Under the pieces are notes generated by a model that saw only the letters and a list, made by a program, of their open reading frames with translations, did not search any database and had not been told where the DNA came from. Shown here in pieces: positions 31,033 through 43,969 of a stretch of 64,000 nt of DNA. The position numbers and the translations under genes were made by a program. Each line of letters starts with the position of its first letter. Within the stretch, counting starts at the first letter, position 1. The stretch comes from the human T2T-CHM13v2.0 reference genome, Homo sapiens, in assembly GCF_009914755.1 (NCBI RefSeq), contig NC_060928.1. One strand, written 5' to 3'.

Positions 31033-31183
31033 AGTTTTTGTCATTTTGAAGAAACCAACAGGGATGTTTGGTGCAAATTCCCAAAATAATTCAATCCAAT
31101 TCAATTCTCCACATTTCCATTTGACATTGATATACAGGCTGTGAAATATACCTCTTCTTACTTTACGTTCCAGAAAATCAAGC
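31033..31183 (-). pseudogene. Exon E of the disabled gene: (R)[47 protein letters not shown]
   Basis: Acceptor TAATTTTAAAG and donor ACT|GTAAGG; removing one GAATT from GAATTGAATTGGATT gives 146 nt, phase 1 to 0. Confidence 0.65.
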
Positions 31184-31203
31184 CTTTAAAATTATTTTTA
31201 CAT

Positions 31204-31512
<309 letters not shown>

Positions 31513-31591
31513 TTATTTCTATGTAATCGCAGTATCCTTTAAAAATGTATTGACAAGTGATGAGAAAACAATCTTCATTTCTGTTTCTTAT

Positions 31592-31718
31592 GTAGTTCGT
31601 TAATTTGACATATGAGGCTTGATAAACATTTTCTTGTGCCACACATGCACTAGACCTCAGCAGTTGTCCTGTTGAGCACAATAAATTCATGAACTGGGGA
31701 GTCTTCTGCATTTAATGA
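31592..31718 (-). pseudogene. Exon D of the disabled gene: [41 protein letters not shown]
   Basis: Acceptor CTTTATTTATAG; decayed donor C|ATAAGA (inferred from C|GTAAGA); 127 nt, phase 0 to 1; N-glycosylation sequon NRT. Confidence 0.55.
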
Positions 31719-31793
31719 CTATAAATAAAGCTCCAAGGATGATGTAAAATGCTAGGGGCTGTCTTCCAATTTCTACCCAACATAGGTACTCAC

Positions 31794-31888
31794 AGTTTTT
31801 CCAACAAAGCTCAGAAAAGTTAGCGAGTTATCCTCAACCAACAGGTTCATCAATAAGCATCTACTGAGTGTCCATTCTTCACAAGGCA
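31794..31888 (-). pseudogene. Exon C of the disabled gene: (V)PCEEWTLSRCLLMNLLVEDNSLTFLSFVGKT
   Basis: Acceptor GTTCTGTTTTCTTCCAG and donor ACT|GTGAGT; 95 nt, open in phase 1 to 0. Part of it weakly resembles an L2 end. Confidence 0.55.
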
Positions 31889-32146
31889 CTGGAAGAAAAC
31901 AGAACTTATCACCGGATTCTGACACTCATTTTATCTTATGTGTATGCCTGATAAAAACTTTCTGCTTACAAAATGTATTTTTAGAAAAGTCACTTTGGAG
32001 CCCATCTCTTCATTGTAGGAGAATTTTCTCTTACTCAATTATAAATTTACAACAAGTACAAGAAAAAAAGCCATGTTTAGGAAAAAAGACAAAACCTTAA
32101 TGTGCTTATAAGATTGGGTAGATAAAGGAGAATAGAGCAGGCTGAG

Positions 32147-32561
32147 TGTTTTAGGCCATTCTTGCATTGTTATAAGGAATAATATATAAAGAGAAGAGGT
32201 TTAACTGGCTTATGTTCTTCAGGCTGTACAGGAAGCATGATTTTGGCATCTGCTTGGCTTCTGGGGAAGCCTCAGGAAGCGTACAACCATGGCAAAGGCA
32301 AAGAGTGAGCAGGCATGTCACATAGCCAGAGGAGGAGCAAGAGAGACAGAGAGTGGGGCAAGGGGAGGTGCCACACACTTTTAAACCACATGATCTCAAA
32401 TGAACTCAGATAGAGAGTTCTTATTACCAAGGGAATGGCCCAAGCCATTCATGAGGGATCTGCTCCCATGATCCAAACACCTACCACCAGGCCCTACCTC
32501 CAACATTGGGGATTACAATTCAACATGAGATTTGGTGGGGACATACATTTAAACTCTATTA
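32147..32561. mobile_element. MST-family MaLR LTR
   Basis: TGTTTTAGGCCATTCTTGCATTG ... CAACATGAGATTTGG; TSD-like CTGAG/GTGAG. Confidence 0.85.
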
Positions 32562-32621
32562 GTGAGGTAGCAAATTATTGTATAAAATGCTAAGTGGTTT
32601 AGGAATTTATCCCCTTGAACC

Positions 32622-32855
32622 CAGACATATGCTATCTAATATGGTAGCTACTAGCCAAATACAACTTATTACATTTAATTAATTACAATTAAAGATTCAG
32701 TAATCTTTATTTTAAAATAATAATACACTAGCCACATTTTAAGTGTTCTGTAGACACATATGGCCGGTGGCTACCATATTGATTAGTATAGAAATAAATG
32801 TTAGTAGGACATTTCTATTATTACAGAAAGTTTTATTGGATAGTGCTGTCCTAGA
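32622..32855. mobile_element. MER3/MER33-type hAT-Charlie MITE
   Basis: AATATGGTAGCTACTAGCC ... GAAAGTTTTATTGGATAGTGCTG. Confidence 0.75.
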
Positions 32856-33218
32856 TATTGAGGAAATATAAAAAAATTTTGAGCACAGTTTAAAATGATA
32901 AAATTACAATTTTCCACAAATATCTAGGAAAAATTGGATAGACTGGAAAAAGATAAGACAATTAGGATACGAATCAGAATACATGTCATCCACAGGTTGT
33001 GGTTATAGAAATGAAGAATGGTATGTGTCAGTGGTGCAACCAGAAGCAGAACTACAGTCACAGAGCAGATATGGAGGCTGAAGGAGAGGTGGAATGCTTC
33101 TTGTTTAGGAAAATGGGTGGATATTGACCCTATTTTCTGAAATAGGAAATGCCAGAGGAGTGAAATTGATTTTTTTTAGTGGATGATAAATTTAGGTTTT
33201 ATTCATGTTGTTTGAGAT

Positions 33219-33795
33219 TGTCTTAGTCCAGTTGTGCTGCTGTAATAAAATACCACAGACTGGGTAATTTATGGAGAACAGAAACGTATTTCTAACAGTT
33301 TTGGAGTCTGGGAAGTCCAGGATCAAGTTGCCAGCAGGTTTGTTGTCTGGTGAAGGTCCAGTTTCTGCTTTCAAGATGGCATCTTGAATGCTGCAACCTC
33401 CAGAGGGGAGGAATGCTATTCTACATGGTAGAGGGTAGAAGGGCAGAAGAGGAACTCTCTCTGCCAAACCCTTTTTATAAGAGTACCTAATCCCATTCAT
33501 GAGGGCAGAGCCGGTTATAACTCAATCACCTTCCATACACCACACCTCCCAATATTGTTGTATTGGGGATTAAGTTTCAAAATGAATTTTTGGAGGAGAC
33601 AAAAACCTACTGCCAGCCTCCACCTCCAAACTGGGGATTGCAATTCAACGTAAGATTGGGCGGGGACTTATATTCGAACTGTATCAGTGAGGCAGCAAAG
33701 TATTGTATAAAATGCTAAGTGGTTTAGGTATTTATACTCTCGAACCTAGACATGTGCTGACTAGTACGGTAGCTACTAGCTATGTAAACCATAGA
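33219..33795. mobile_element. MST/MLT1A-type LTR interrupted near its end by a 176-bp insert
   Basis: TGTCTTAGTCCAGTTGTGCTGCTGTAATAAAATACCACAGACTGGG; the terminal AAACCATAG resumes at ~33786. Confidence 0.8.
33605..33780 (+). repeat. Diverged (~83%) direct copy of 32479-32655
   Basis: Shares the MST end, the unique spacer (TATTGTATAAAATGCTAAGTGGTTTAGG) and the MER33 start. Confidence 0.9.
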
Positions 33796-33847
33796 AGAGA
33801 TTGTGGAGGGCATTCTAGTAAGATGTATAATAGGCAACTAGCTACAC

Positions 33848-34253
<406 letters not shown>

Positions 34254-34645
34254 GAGTTGTAGAGTATAGGTTTGGAGGAGTCAGTCTCCAGGAGCTTGGG
34301 GAGAGATGCATAAGTTATAATGTGGATCTCTCTTTACTTCCTTAAATTAAGTGCCTAGAAGTAAATTGCTTCTTCAAAAAGTATGGATTTTATGTGAGGA
34401 CTTCCGAAATTTCTTCCCCCTCTTCCTGCCACACACACCCCCTAGTGGCCTTTATGTTGTCATAATGAACAGATGTTACTGATGGGCTTGTAAAATTCTC
34501 TACAAGTATGCTGATGTGGTCTGGTGTTTTAAAATTCATTAGTTGGGAGAGAGATTTCAAAATTATATCCCCTTCTTTGTACAAACTGCAACAACCCTCT
34601 GCCCAACTCCAACAGTTTTGTAAATATTACATGGAAGTACATATC

Positions 34646-35179
34646 TGCATCAGTACAGTTCCAGGCAGGAAAACAAATAATTAAAAGTATTTTAAACAGA
34701 CGCCATTCACTATGGAGAAATAGTTAAGCAGATATTGAAGGCTAGAAGAGCAAAAAGGGAGAAGTAAGATTAAATCAGAAATTTTAAACTGCAGGATGGC
34801 TACCAGTCCTTGAGCTGGTGGAACAGAAGGTAGAAGTAGTAGTATCATAGCACAAGAGCAAACTCACTCACTGTTAAGGGTGTCACTTTCTTAAGGTAAG
34901 GAAAGGAGGGGCTGCTCCAACTGGCTCTAGACTTTGTAAGGGACATAGTCATTGCTCTAGATGCCAGAAGCAGAGAGTAAAATAAATGGACAATAGCTTT
35001 CCCATGTTCCACCTTTTGATTTCCTGCCTGTGCCTCCTGTGGGCAGAGTCTTACAGGAAGCCATCTAACAAGGAAGGCTGGGAAATGTAGTTTGTGGACT
35101 CCCTGCCTAGCCATCATCTCGAAGCAGAGGGTAGGTGAGTATGGGGTTCAAAGATTACAGGCAAGTAACCTGCATAGCA
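34646..35179. mobile_element. Old ERVL/MaLR-type LTR
   Basis: GGAAGGCTGGGAAATGTAGTTT motif. Subfamily uncertain. Confidence 0.55.
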
Positions 35180-35713
35180 ACTTATCAGGAAAAAGAAAAA
35201 TCCTCCATTAGACAGTAAACTCATAAAGAAAAACCGACTTTAGTTTTTAATCTTTGACAGACTTTATAGACTCTAGGGCCTATCACAGTGCTTGCCATAT
35301 AAAATGCTCAATCAATATCAACAGATATTTAAGTGAATAATTGCCTATTCTCACCATTGGTAAAATTTAAATCAGTATTCAACTTAAATGATTGCCAGAT
35401 AATACAACTGATTTTTAAAGAAATACACTTTAACTCATATGGACATAAATATTTTACAGTATCCAAGTAGTGCTGACATTACTCAAGGAATTGTTTAGGA
35501 CTACTTGTTCAAAATTGTCTTTCAGACCTAGTTCTTCGGAAATACATTATAATTATTTCTATAAAAGTGGGCATGACTAAGTAGAATCTAGTCTTGCCCA
35601 CTTTTGGCCCAGCCTGACTCAACTGGTTTTGATCTGGATGACTTAATATTATTTCTGAAAATTAAATCTACTCTGAAAGAACAGACTTATTACTAATTTT
35701 GTTAAGTACTTAC

Positions 35714-35847
35714 CGCGATTTCCAATTAAACTTGAGGCAACATGATGTCTTACTCCACTTCCGCCACTGTAGGCTTGAAATAAGATGGCAAGTGTGGTGA
35801 ATAATAATGGTAATAACTCAAATAAGACTTTGGCCTTTGCTGCCATC
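35714..35847 (-). pseudogene. Exon A of the divergent gene, an intact signal-peptide exon: MAAKAKVLFELLPLLFTTLAILFQAYSGGSGVRHHVASSLIGNR
   Basis: Acceptor TTCTGTCTTCATAG; ATG at 35846 in optimal context (AGG-ATG-G); basic n-region, hydrophobic h-region and A-Y-S c-region; perfect donor GCG|GTAAGT, phase 1. Confidence 0.75.
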
Positions 35848-36169
35848 CTATGAAGACAGAATCACCACCCCCCAGCCCTCACCCCTCACCCCCGCAATCC
35901 GAGTAATTTCAGGAAGCTATTTGTTTCCTTATCCTTGGGTTATTTTCAGTTAAGACAAATGTACAAGCACAAAAAGGAGTCTCTTAGCTTCTGACTCCTA
36001 GGACATAAACCAAGACACGCTTTACTATCACATACTCATTTCCCTAAAGGGAAGAAGCCAAAAAATGCATACTATAGTAAAATGGGAAACATTTCAAGGG
36101 ACAGTAAGGTGTGGGGAAGAGTGGGCAGATGTTGTGGCTGTTACCTGCGTGAAGGTAAATAAAATATTA

Positions 36170-36375
36170 ACAATAACAAGCACTTCTACACCGCTATGTG
36201 CAAGGTGCTATTTATCCTTTCAATCACAGCTCTGTGAGGTAGACACTTATGACTCCCATTTTACAGATGAGAAAACTGAGGCTCACGAAGGTGGTTAACT
36301 AGCCAAGGCCACTCGTCTAGGAAGTGAGAGGCCAAGGTTCAATCCTAGGCAATCTGGCTTAAGTTTGTGTTCTGT
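36170..36375 (-). mobile_element. MIR
   Basis: CCCATTTTACAGATGAGAAAACTGAGGCTC. Confidence 0.85.
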
Positions 36376-36719
36376 TAAAAAAAAAAAAAATTAAAGGTTA
36401 TCTGGCAATTTTTTAAACGTCAGGACTGTCATCTGTGGAATCAATTGAAAAGGGAATCAACACTTCAGAAACTGTAATACACCAAGGGAACCTGCTATCC
36501 TGGGAAAGAGAGATAAAGGAGAAGTCAGCTGACTGTCCTCCTTCAGACTAGCTCAGACCACCCCAACCTGCGAGGGCCCTGGAGACCCCTGTGGCGCAAC
36601 AGATCCCTTACTGGGTCCCTTCCAAGTGGCGTCACATAGCAAGCGTCCAGAAGGAGGCGGGACTTCCGGGCCAAGCGAGCCAATTCCGGCCGCGCCGGAA
36701 GTCTCTACTGAGGAAAGCT

Positions 36720-36740
36720 ATGAGGATACTCTGTTCGTAA
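36720..36740 (+). promoter_or_regulatory. uORF MRILCS* upstream of METTL14
   Basis: ATG AGG ATA CTC TGT TCG TAA, ending 101 nt before the main ATG; requires a TSS upstream of 36720. Confidence 0.6.
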
Positions 36741-36841
36741 GCTCCCGGTGAATTTTGTTCCACAGACTCGGAAGAAAGGTTGGATAAGAGTTCACTGGAG
36801 ATTGACAAGTACTCGGGATAGTGAAAAGCCGGAGTTGGAAC

Positions 36842-36907
36842 ATGGATAGCCGCTTGCAGGAGATCCGGGAGCGGCAGAAGTTACGGCGACAGCTCCTCGC
36901 GCAGCAG
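36842..36907 (+). CDS. METTL14: METTL14 exon 1 (m6A writer non-catalytic subunit)
   Basis: [22 protein letters not shown]; donor CAG|GTCCGC. The 11 exons sum to 1371 nt (456 aa). Confidence 0.98.
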
Positions 36908-38454
36908 GTCCGCGGCCCTGGTGTCCCCTGTGGGAGGGATCGAGAATGCGAGTGCGCGGCCGCCTCCTCCCTCCACACCCCGCCTTTTTCTGTCCCTTCT
37001 CTACCTGCCGCTGTTAAGGCCTTTCTGGTCCTGCGATCTTGATCCCTGGTTCTGCCTTTGTAGTTCTCAATTTTCGCGGTGTCCCGAATGTTTTTCCAGT
37101 TCCTTCCGCGGTCTTTGTGGTGCTAAACCGAATGCCAGGATTAGCCTTTAAGCTTTGTGGAACTCCCACCGAGTGTCTGGCATGTTCACGCCAGGATGAG
37201 TGTCATGTTATCCCCTACATTTCTCTTCACTATTAAATGGTCATCTATTTCTTTCTTTTCTTCGTCGTCAGCCCCAAATTCTTGAGATTGTGGTTTCATT
37301 ATGAAATACGTTTACAGTATTTTCTTTGACATCTTTCTGAAGACAACACTGGAAGTAGCCTAAGTGTAAATTTTAGATTCTGCATCTTATATAGAGTATC
37401 CTTGTCACATCCACAGTTAATATTTGAAATCTTACTCTGTGTTAGTCACAATAATCTCCTGAAACAGGTATTATTACCTTCACTTATCAAGTAATGAAAA
37501 AGGCTCCATACGTTAAGGAATTTTACTTCTGGTCGCTCACTTCTCTGCTGGGAAATAGAACCTAGGTTTGTCTCCCCAAAGCTTGTCTTCTAAACCATTG
37601 TCCTTCACTTCTTTCTTGTGTATGAGTAAGTTAACATTTGCTGATTAGTAGAGTGCACATGCAGAAAATACAGATTGTGCACAGTTCTACTTAAAATCGA
37701 GGCTGTATTTTCCATTCTACTATTCAGATCAGTAAAAGTGATAGGAGCAATGCTCATAGAGTGTAATTAGTCATCTTGCAGTTATTTTTCAGTAATGAAA
37801 CTTGGTTTTAGTAAATGGACTTCTGAAACCTATCCTCTTTATGGTCTGATGAACAGATTTGTGGAATATGGCTAAAACCGTGGAAACTTGGAGTCAGATT
37901 TGTTCCTTTGTTCCTTATCCCGCTGGCATTACGATCTTGGGCAAATCAAGTATCCTTTCTAAGTCTTCTTTTCGCCAACTTCTTTTATCGTATTATCTTC
38001 AAAAATGTTAAGTAGCTCTTTGTTGCTACCACAGAAGACGTTTTACTCCTTAATATTGAATTCAAACTTCTATTTGACTCAATATACATTCATAGGACAA
38101 TTATTTGTTTAGTGTTTTACACTCAGCAGATGCCAGGGGCTCTACCTTTTAAAGTCTTTTATGAATTGGTTGCACTCTACTTAGCCAGCCTTATAACCAT
38201 TATTTGTTTACATTTGTTTGTATTTTGCAAAATTTTCCAAACTGCCAAACAAAATTTATGTTACCATTTTAAGGTAGTAAAGTTCAGCCTTGTGTCTATA
38301 AATAGTAAGACTTAGCTTGAGTAAAACTGGATCGATTTTTATTAGAGCATAGAATAAATAAGTTATATAAGCTGATGCCTACAAAATGTTTAACATGGTA
38401 CCCACAACCCTGTGCAAACACTGTCTTATCTGCCTTTTTTAGTTATTGCTATTG

Positions 38455-38685
38455 CAGGTTGAATATCTCTTATCTGAAATGCTTGGGCCAGAAGTGTTTT
38501 GGATTTCAGATTTTTTTCAGGATTTGGAATATTTGCATATTACTTACTGGTTGAGCATGCCAAATACCAAAACTCAAAATCGGAATGCTTCAGTGACCAT
38601 TTCCTTTGAATGTCATGTCAGTACTCAAAAAGTTCCAGATTTTGGAGCGTTTTGGATTTTGGATTTTCAGATTTGGAATGCTCAT
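38455..38685. mobile_element. Tigger4a/MER46-type MITE
   Basis: CAGGTTGAATATCTCTTATCTGAAATGCTTGGG ... GGAATGCTCA. Confidence 0.85.
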
Positions 38686-38747
38686 TTTATATTAAATCGT
38701 GTGTATTGCTTCACAGGAAATTGGCTAAAGTGTCTTATTTTCAAATA

Positions 38748-38986
38748 CAGATGGTTCCAGACTTACTATCATTTGACTTAACAATTGACTTTATGATGGT
38801 TTGAGAGTGATAGGCATCCAGGCTGCTCATTGACTTACGGTGGAGTTGTGTTCTGATAAACCCATCATAAGTGGAAAATATTGTAACTTGAAAACACACT
38901 TACAACGTTTATTTTGAAACAGATTTACTTTCAACTTACAATGGGTTTATCAGGACATAACCTCATCATAAATCAAGGAGCCGCTG
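38748..38986. mobile_element. MER47/Tigger5-type MITE
   Basis: CAGATGGTTCCAGACTTAC ... GATAAACCCATCATAAGT; flanked by TA. Confidence 0.7.
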
Positions 38987-39097
38987 TATAACTGAAAGCA
39001 TAAAATGTTTTGCCAGCTGTCAAACTCATCTTAATTAATGCGGTTTTTTTCCAGAGTTTTTCCAGTTTGTCTTGCAAGCTGATTAATTCATTGTTTT

Positions 39098-39118
39098 GTG
39101 TGTGTGTGTGTGTGTGTG
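39098..39118. repeat. (TG)n microsatellite
   Basis: Directly visible. Confidence 0.9.
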
Positions 39119-39229
39119 AATTAAGGTGTTTTTGTTTTTTAAGTATTTAATGTATTAAATGCTGCTACAAATGCCCAGAAAGGCTATCCAATGCATTGCA
39201 ATCTAATTTCTGATTTTGTCTTTTCTCAG

Positions 39230-39318
39230 TTGGGAGCTGAAAGTGCCGACAGCATTGGTGCCGTGTTAAATAGCAAAGATGAGCAGAGAGAAATTGCTGA
39301 AACAAGAGAAACTTGCAG
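39230..39318 (+). CDS. METTL14: METTL14 exon 2
   Basis: [29 protein letters not shown]; AG/GT bounded, 89 nt. Confidence 0.98.
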
Positions 39319-39334
39319 GTCAGTCAGATAATTC

Positions 39335-39762
39335 TTTTTTTTTTTTTTTTTGAGACAGGGTTTCACTCTGTTGCTTAGGCTGGATAGGCTGGAGTACGGT
39401 AGCATGATTATGGCTCACTGCAGCCTTGACTCCTGGGCTCAAGTGGTACACCTGCCTTGGCCTCCCAAAGTGCTGAGATTACAGATATGAGCCACTGTGC
39501 CGAGGCAGGTGGATCACTTGAGCCCAGGAAGTCGGGAGTTCGAGGCCAGTCTGGCCAACATGGTGAAATCCCATCTCTACTAAAAATACAAAAATTAGCC
39601 AGACATGGTGGCGGGCTCCTGTAATCCCCGCTACTCGGGAGCCTTAGGCAGTAGAATTGCTTGAAACCGGGAGGCGGAGATTGTAGTGAGCTGAGCCAAG
39701 ATTGTGCCACTGCACTGCAGCCTGGGAGACAGAGTGAGACTCCGTCTCAAAAAAAAAAAAAA
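39335..39762. mobile_element. Antisense Alu monomer fused head-to-head with a 5'-truncated sense Alu
   Basis: Junction CACTGTGCC-GAGGCAGG at ~39500. Confidence 0.85.
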
Positions 39763-39990
39763 ATGTGAAAGGATTACTGTTTTAATAAATAACCCTAGGT
39801 AGGTATGCAGTGTATTAAGAAAAGCATCAAAATAATGATTTTAGACACAATGGTTTTTATTGTCAGTTCATTAATTATAAAATATTTATTTTCTGAGGAT
39901 AGTAAGTTCCCATTTGTAAAGTACTTAGAAAATGGAATGTTAGACTAAGAATTAGCATATATACTATAAATAAACAAGTATATTTAAACA

Positions 39991-40277
<287 letters not shown>

Positions 40278-40675
40278 TAAAAATTTTTATAAAAGAAAAT
40301 ATACTTTATCCTAAAAGTGGTATTTATTTGGTAGTTCAGAAAGCATTTCAAAATTTTTTCGCTATTCTAGTTTTCAATTTGTACGTCTGTTTTGCTCAAA
40401 ACAGATTAAAATAATACATACTATATAAATTTATTTTCAATATATCCCTTATAGCAGCTTATTTTCTCATTTGGTTGCTTTCTGATAAAAATGAAACACA
40501 GAATTATCAATCAGGTTATTTGACTTTTTGGATGACTTATAAACTGCGTAGATAGATATTCTTTAATCAGGAAAAATTTGTCTTGTTCTGTTTTTATAAC
40601 CTGTTTATTATTATTAATAGATGCATTTATACATCTTGTATATATTTATGGGTAATATTTCTGTTTATTTTTCAG

Positions 40676-40763
40676 GGCTTCCTATGATACCTCTGCTCCA
40701 AATGCAAAACGTAAGTATCTGGATGAAGGAGAGACAGATGAAGACAAAATGGAAGAATATAAG
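40676..40763 (+). CDS. METTL14: METTL14 exon 3 (GC donor)
   Basis: [29 protein letters not shown]; ends AAG|GCAAGT, 88 nt. Confidence 0.97.
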
Positions 40764-40936
40764 GCAAGTAGAGAGTGAAATAAGTTTATGGTCAAAGAAA
40801 ACATAAATCCAAATGATAGATTCATATCCAGGAAAACAAATTTGATGGAAAGCCTAATTTTAAGATGTGCTAAAATAATTGTCAGTGGCATATGTTATCA
40901 CCAGTTACATTAAGACCATTATATCAGTTTTCTTAT

Positions 40937-42033
<1,097 letters not shown>

Positions 42034-42843
42034 TCAGATTTTGAGAAGCTGCAGTAGCTTTGGATCAGATTTTGAGAAGCTTTTTTGAGGAGTTGTTATT
42101 CCATGTTAACAATATTGGATAGTATAATCAAGATATTTTTAGGATTTATGGCCTGGACTACATTGTAGAAATATTTCTGAAAGAGGCTCAAGAAAAACCC
42201 AACTTCTAACTTGTAATTGCAATATTTAGTTGAAATAGTTGAAAGTATTATGGTCCAAAAAACTTACTTTTGTTTTTTCAAGTTAATTGTATATAATAGA
42301 GATAAGAATGTATAGTTTCAATAAAATCTCTAGAAAGTTCAGTGAAATAATACCTAATCTCGTGAATATTGTCTTATATGTTGCAGTTCTGATAATATGT
42401 AACTTAAATGTTTGTGACTTTTTTTTTTATTAATTAAAATGTTAGTGATTATTTTAGGTGGAACTATATGCAGTTGCTGATATTCTAACCTTTTTGACCT
42501 TTAAGCATAGCAGTTTCATATTGCAACATTGGTGGTCGTATCTTTCATGACTCAAACTAGACTCTAACACTTATAGTATTGTATATGAGATAAATAGTTT
42601 TAGACAAATCAATCAGCAAAATAGTAGTTACAGTAATTATTTATGATAGGAAATTTTTTTATGAAAATAATCAGCTAGCTAGATCTAATAATGGGAAAGC
42701 AAAGACTTCAATGTTTGATTTTAATGCTAATTTAAAACATTTATTAAATCTTAAGGAAATAAAATATGTTGAGTTTTAATCAGGATGTGATAGAGAAATA
42801 ACCCCTATTTGTAAAATATTTACTTAATCTTATGTTTTTCAAG

Positions 42844-42924
42844 GATGAACTAGAAATGCAACAGGATGAAGAAAATTTGCCATATGAAGAAGAGATTTAC
42901 AAAGATTCTAGTACTTTTCTTAAG
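42844..42924 (+). CDS. METTL14: METTL14 exon 4
   Basis: [27 protein letters not shown], 81 nt. Confidence 0.98.
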
Positions 42925-43292
42925 GTAAAATAAATAATTTTCAAATTTTGTAACTCTTCATATTTAAGTTCTATACCTGAAAAGATTTTAAATACCTGTT
43001 TGTCTTCAAGATGTTTTTTAATTATTGAGGGATCATTGTTATAAAATAAAGATTATTTAAAATTACTCATGAAATAGTCTTCTGATATTTGGCTATTTAG
43101 TGTGAGGTAACAGTATATTAATATCAGTAGCTACTGAAAAGTAATAATTTTAGTTGTATTTTCAAATATTACTAATTTTTAAATCTATCAATTGATTGCA
43201 TTTTATATCACCTTGTAATAGAAAACAGTACAGAGATAATTTATCTGCCATTACAATGCATGTTACAAATTTAATTTTGTTTTTTAATTTAG

Positions 43293-43380
43293 GGAACACA
43301 GAGCTTAAATCCCCATAATGATTACTGCCAACATTTTGTAGACACTGGACATAGACCTCAGAATTTCATCAGGGATGTAG
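43293..43380 (+). CDS. METTL14: METTL14 exon 5
   Basis: [29 protein letters not shown], 88 nt. Confidence 0.98.
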
Positions 43381-43519
43381 GTATGTCAGGTTTGTTTGGA
43401 CTACGCTATTGCTGACTCTCAATTACATGCATGTAATTTATCCAATTTGTGGATATTTCTAACAAAATTATTTCTCCAGCTTGACATCTTTTTTTCGTTC
43501 TCAGTGCTTCTGGTATACC

Positions 43520-43523
43520 TTCT

Positions 43524-43554
<31 letters not shown>

Positions 43555-43880
43555 GAGACAGAGCCTTGCTGTGTTGCTCAGGCTGGAGTGCAGTGGGGTG
43601 ATCTCTCTTGGCTCACTACAACCTCTGCCTCCCAGATTCGAGCGATTCTCCTGCCTCAGCCTCCCAAGTAGCTGGGATTACAGGCACCCCCCACCGTGCC
43701 TAGATAATTTTTGTGTTTTTAGTAGAGACGAGGTTTCACCATGTTGGCCAGGCTGGTCTGGAACTCCCGAGGTTTCACCATGTTGGCCAGGCTGGTCTGG
43801 AACTCCTGACCTCAGGTGATCTGCCTGCCTCGGCCTCCCAAAGTGCTGAGATTACAGGCGTGAGCCACCGCTCCAGGCCC
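43520..43880 (-). mobile_element. Alu with a perfect 39-bp internal tandem duplication
   Basis: 43729-43767 = 43768-43806. Confidence 0.95.
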
Positions 43881-43969
43881 TGTATACCTTCTTTTTCTAT
43901 AATCGATATTACTATTTTTTTGTTTGTTTCTTTTTGGCTCCAGTTTGGTATTATGCCTATTCTTGCATT

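Larger units (their letters stand above)
36570..37120. promoter_or_regulatory. CpG-rich, TATA-less bidirectional promoter of METTL14
   Basis: Half-CRE CGTCA at 36630, GC box at 36656, opposed ETS sites ACTTCCGG (36662) and CCGGAAGT (36695), CCAAT at 36680. Confidence 0.85.

Noticed and set aside
36718-37236. Several ORFs across the promoter and intron 1
   Set aside because: Expected from stop-codon depletion in a CpG-rich region.
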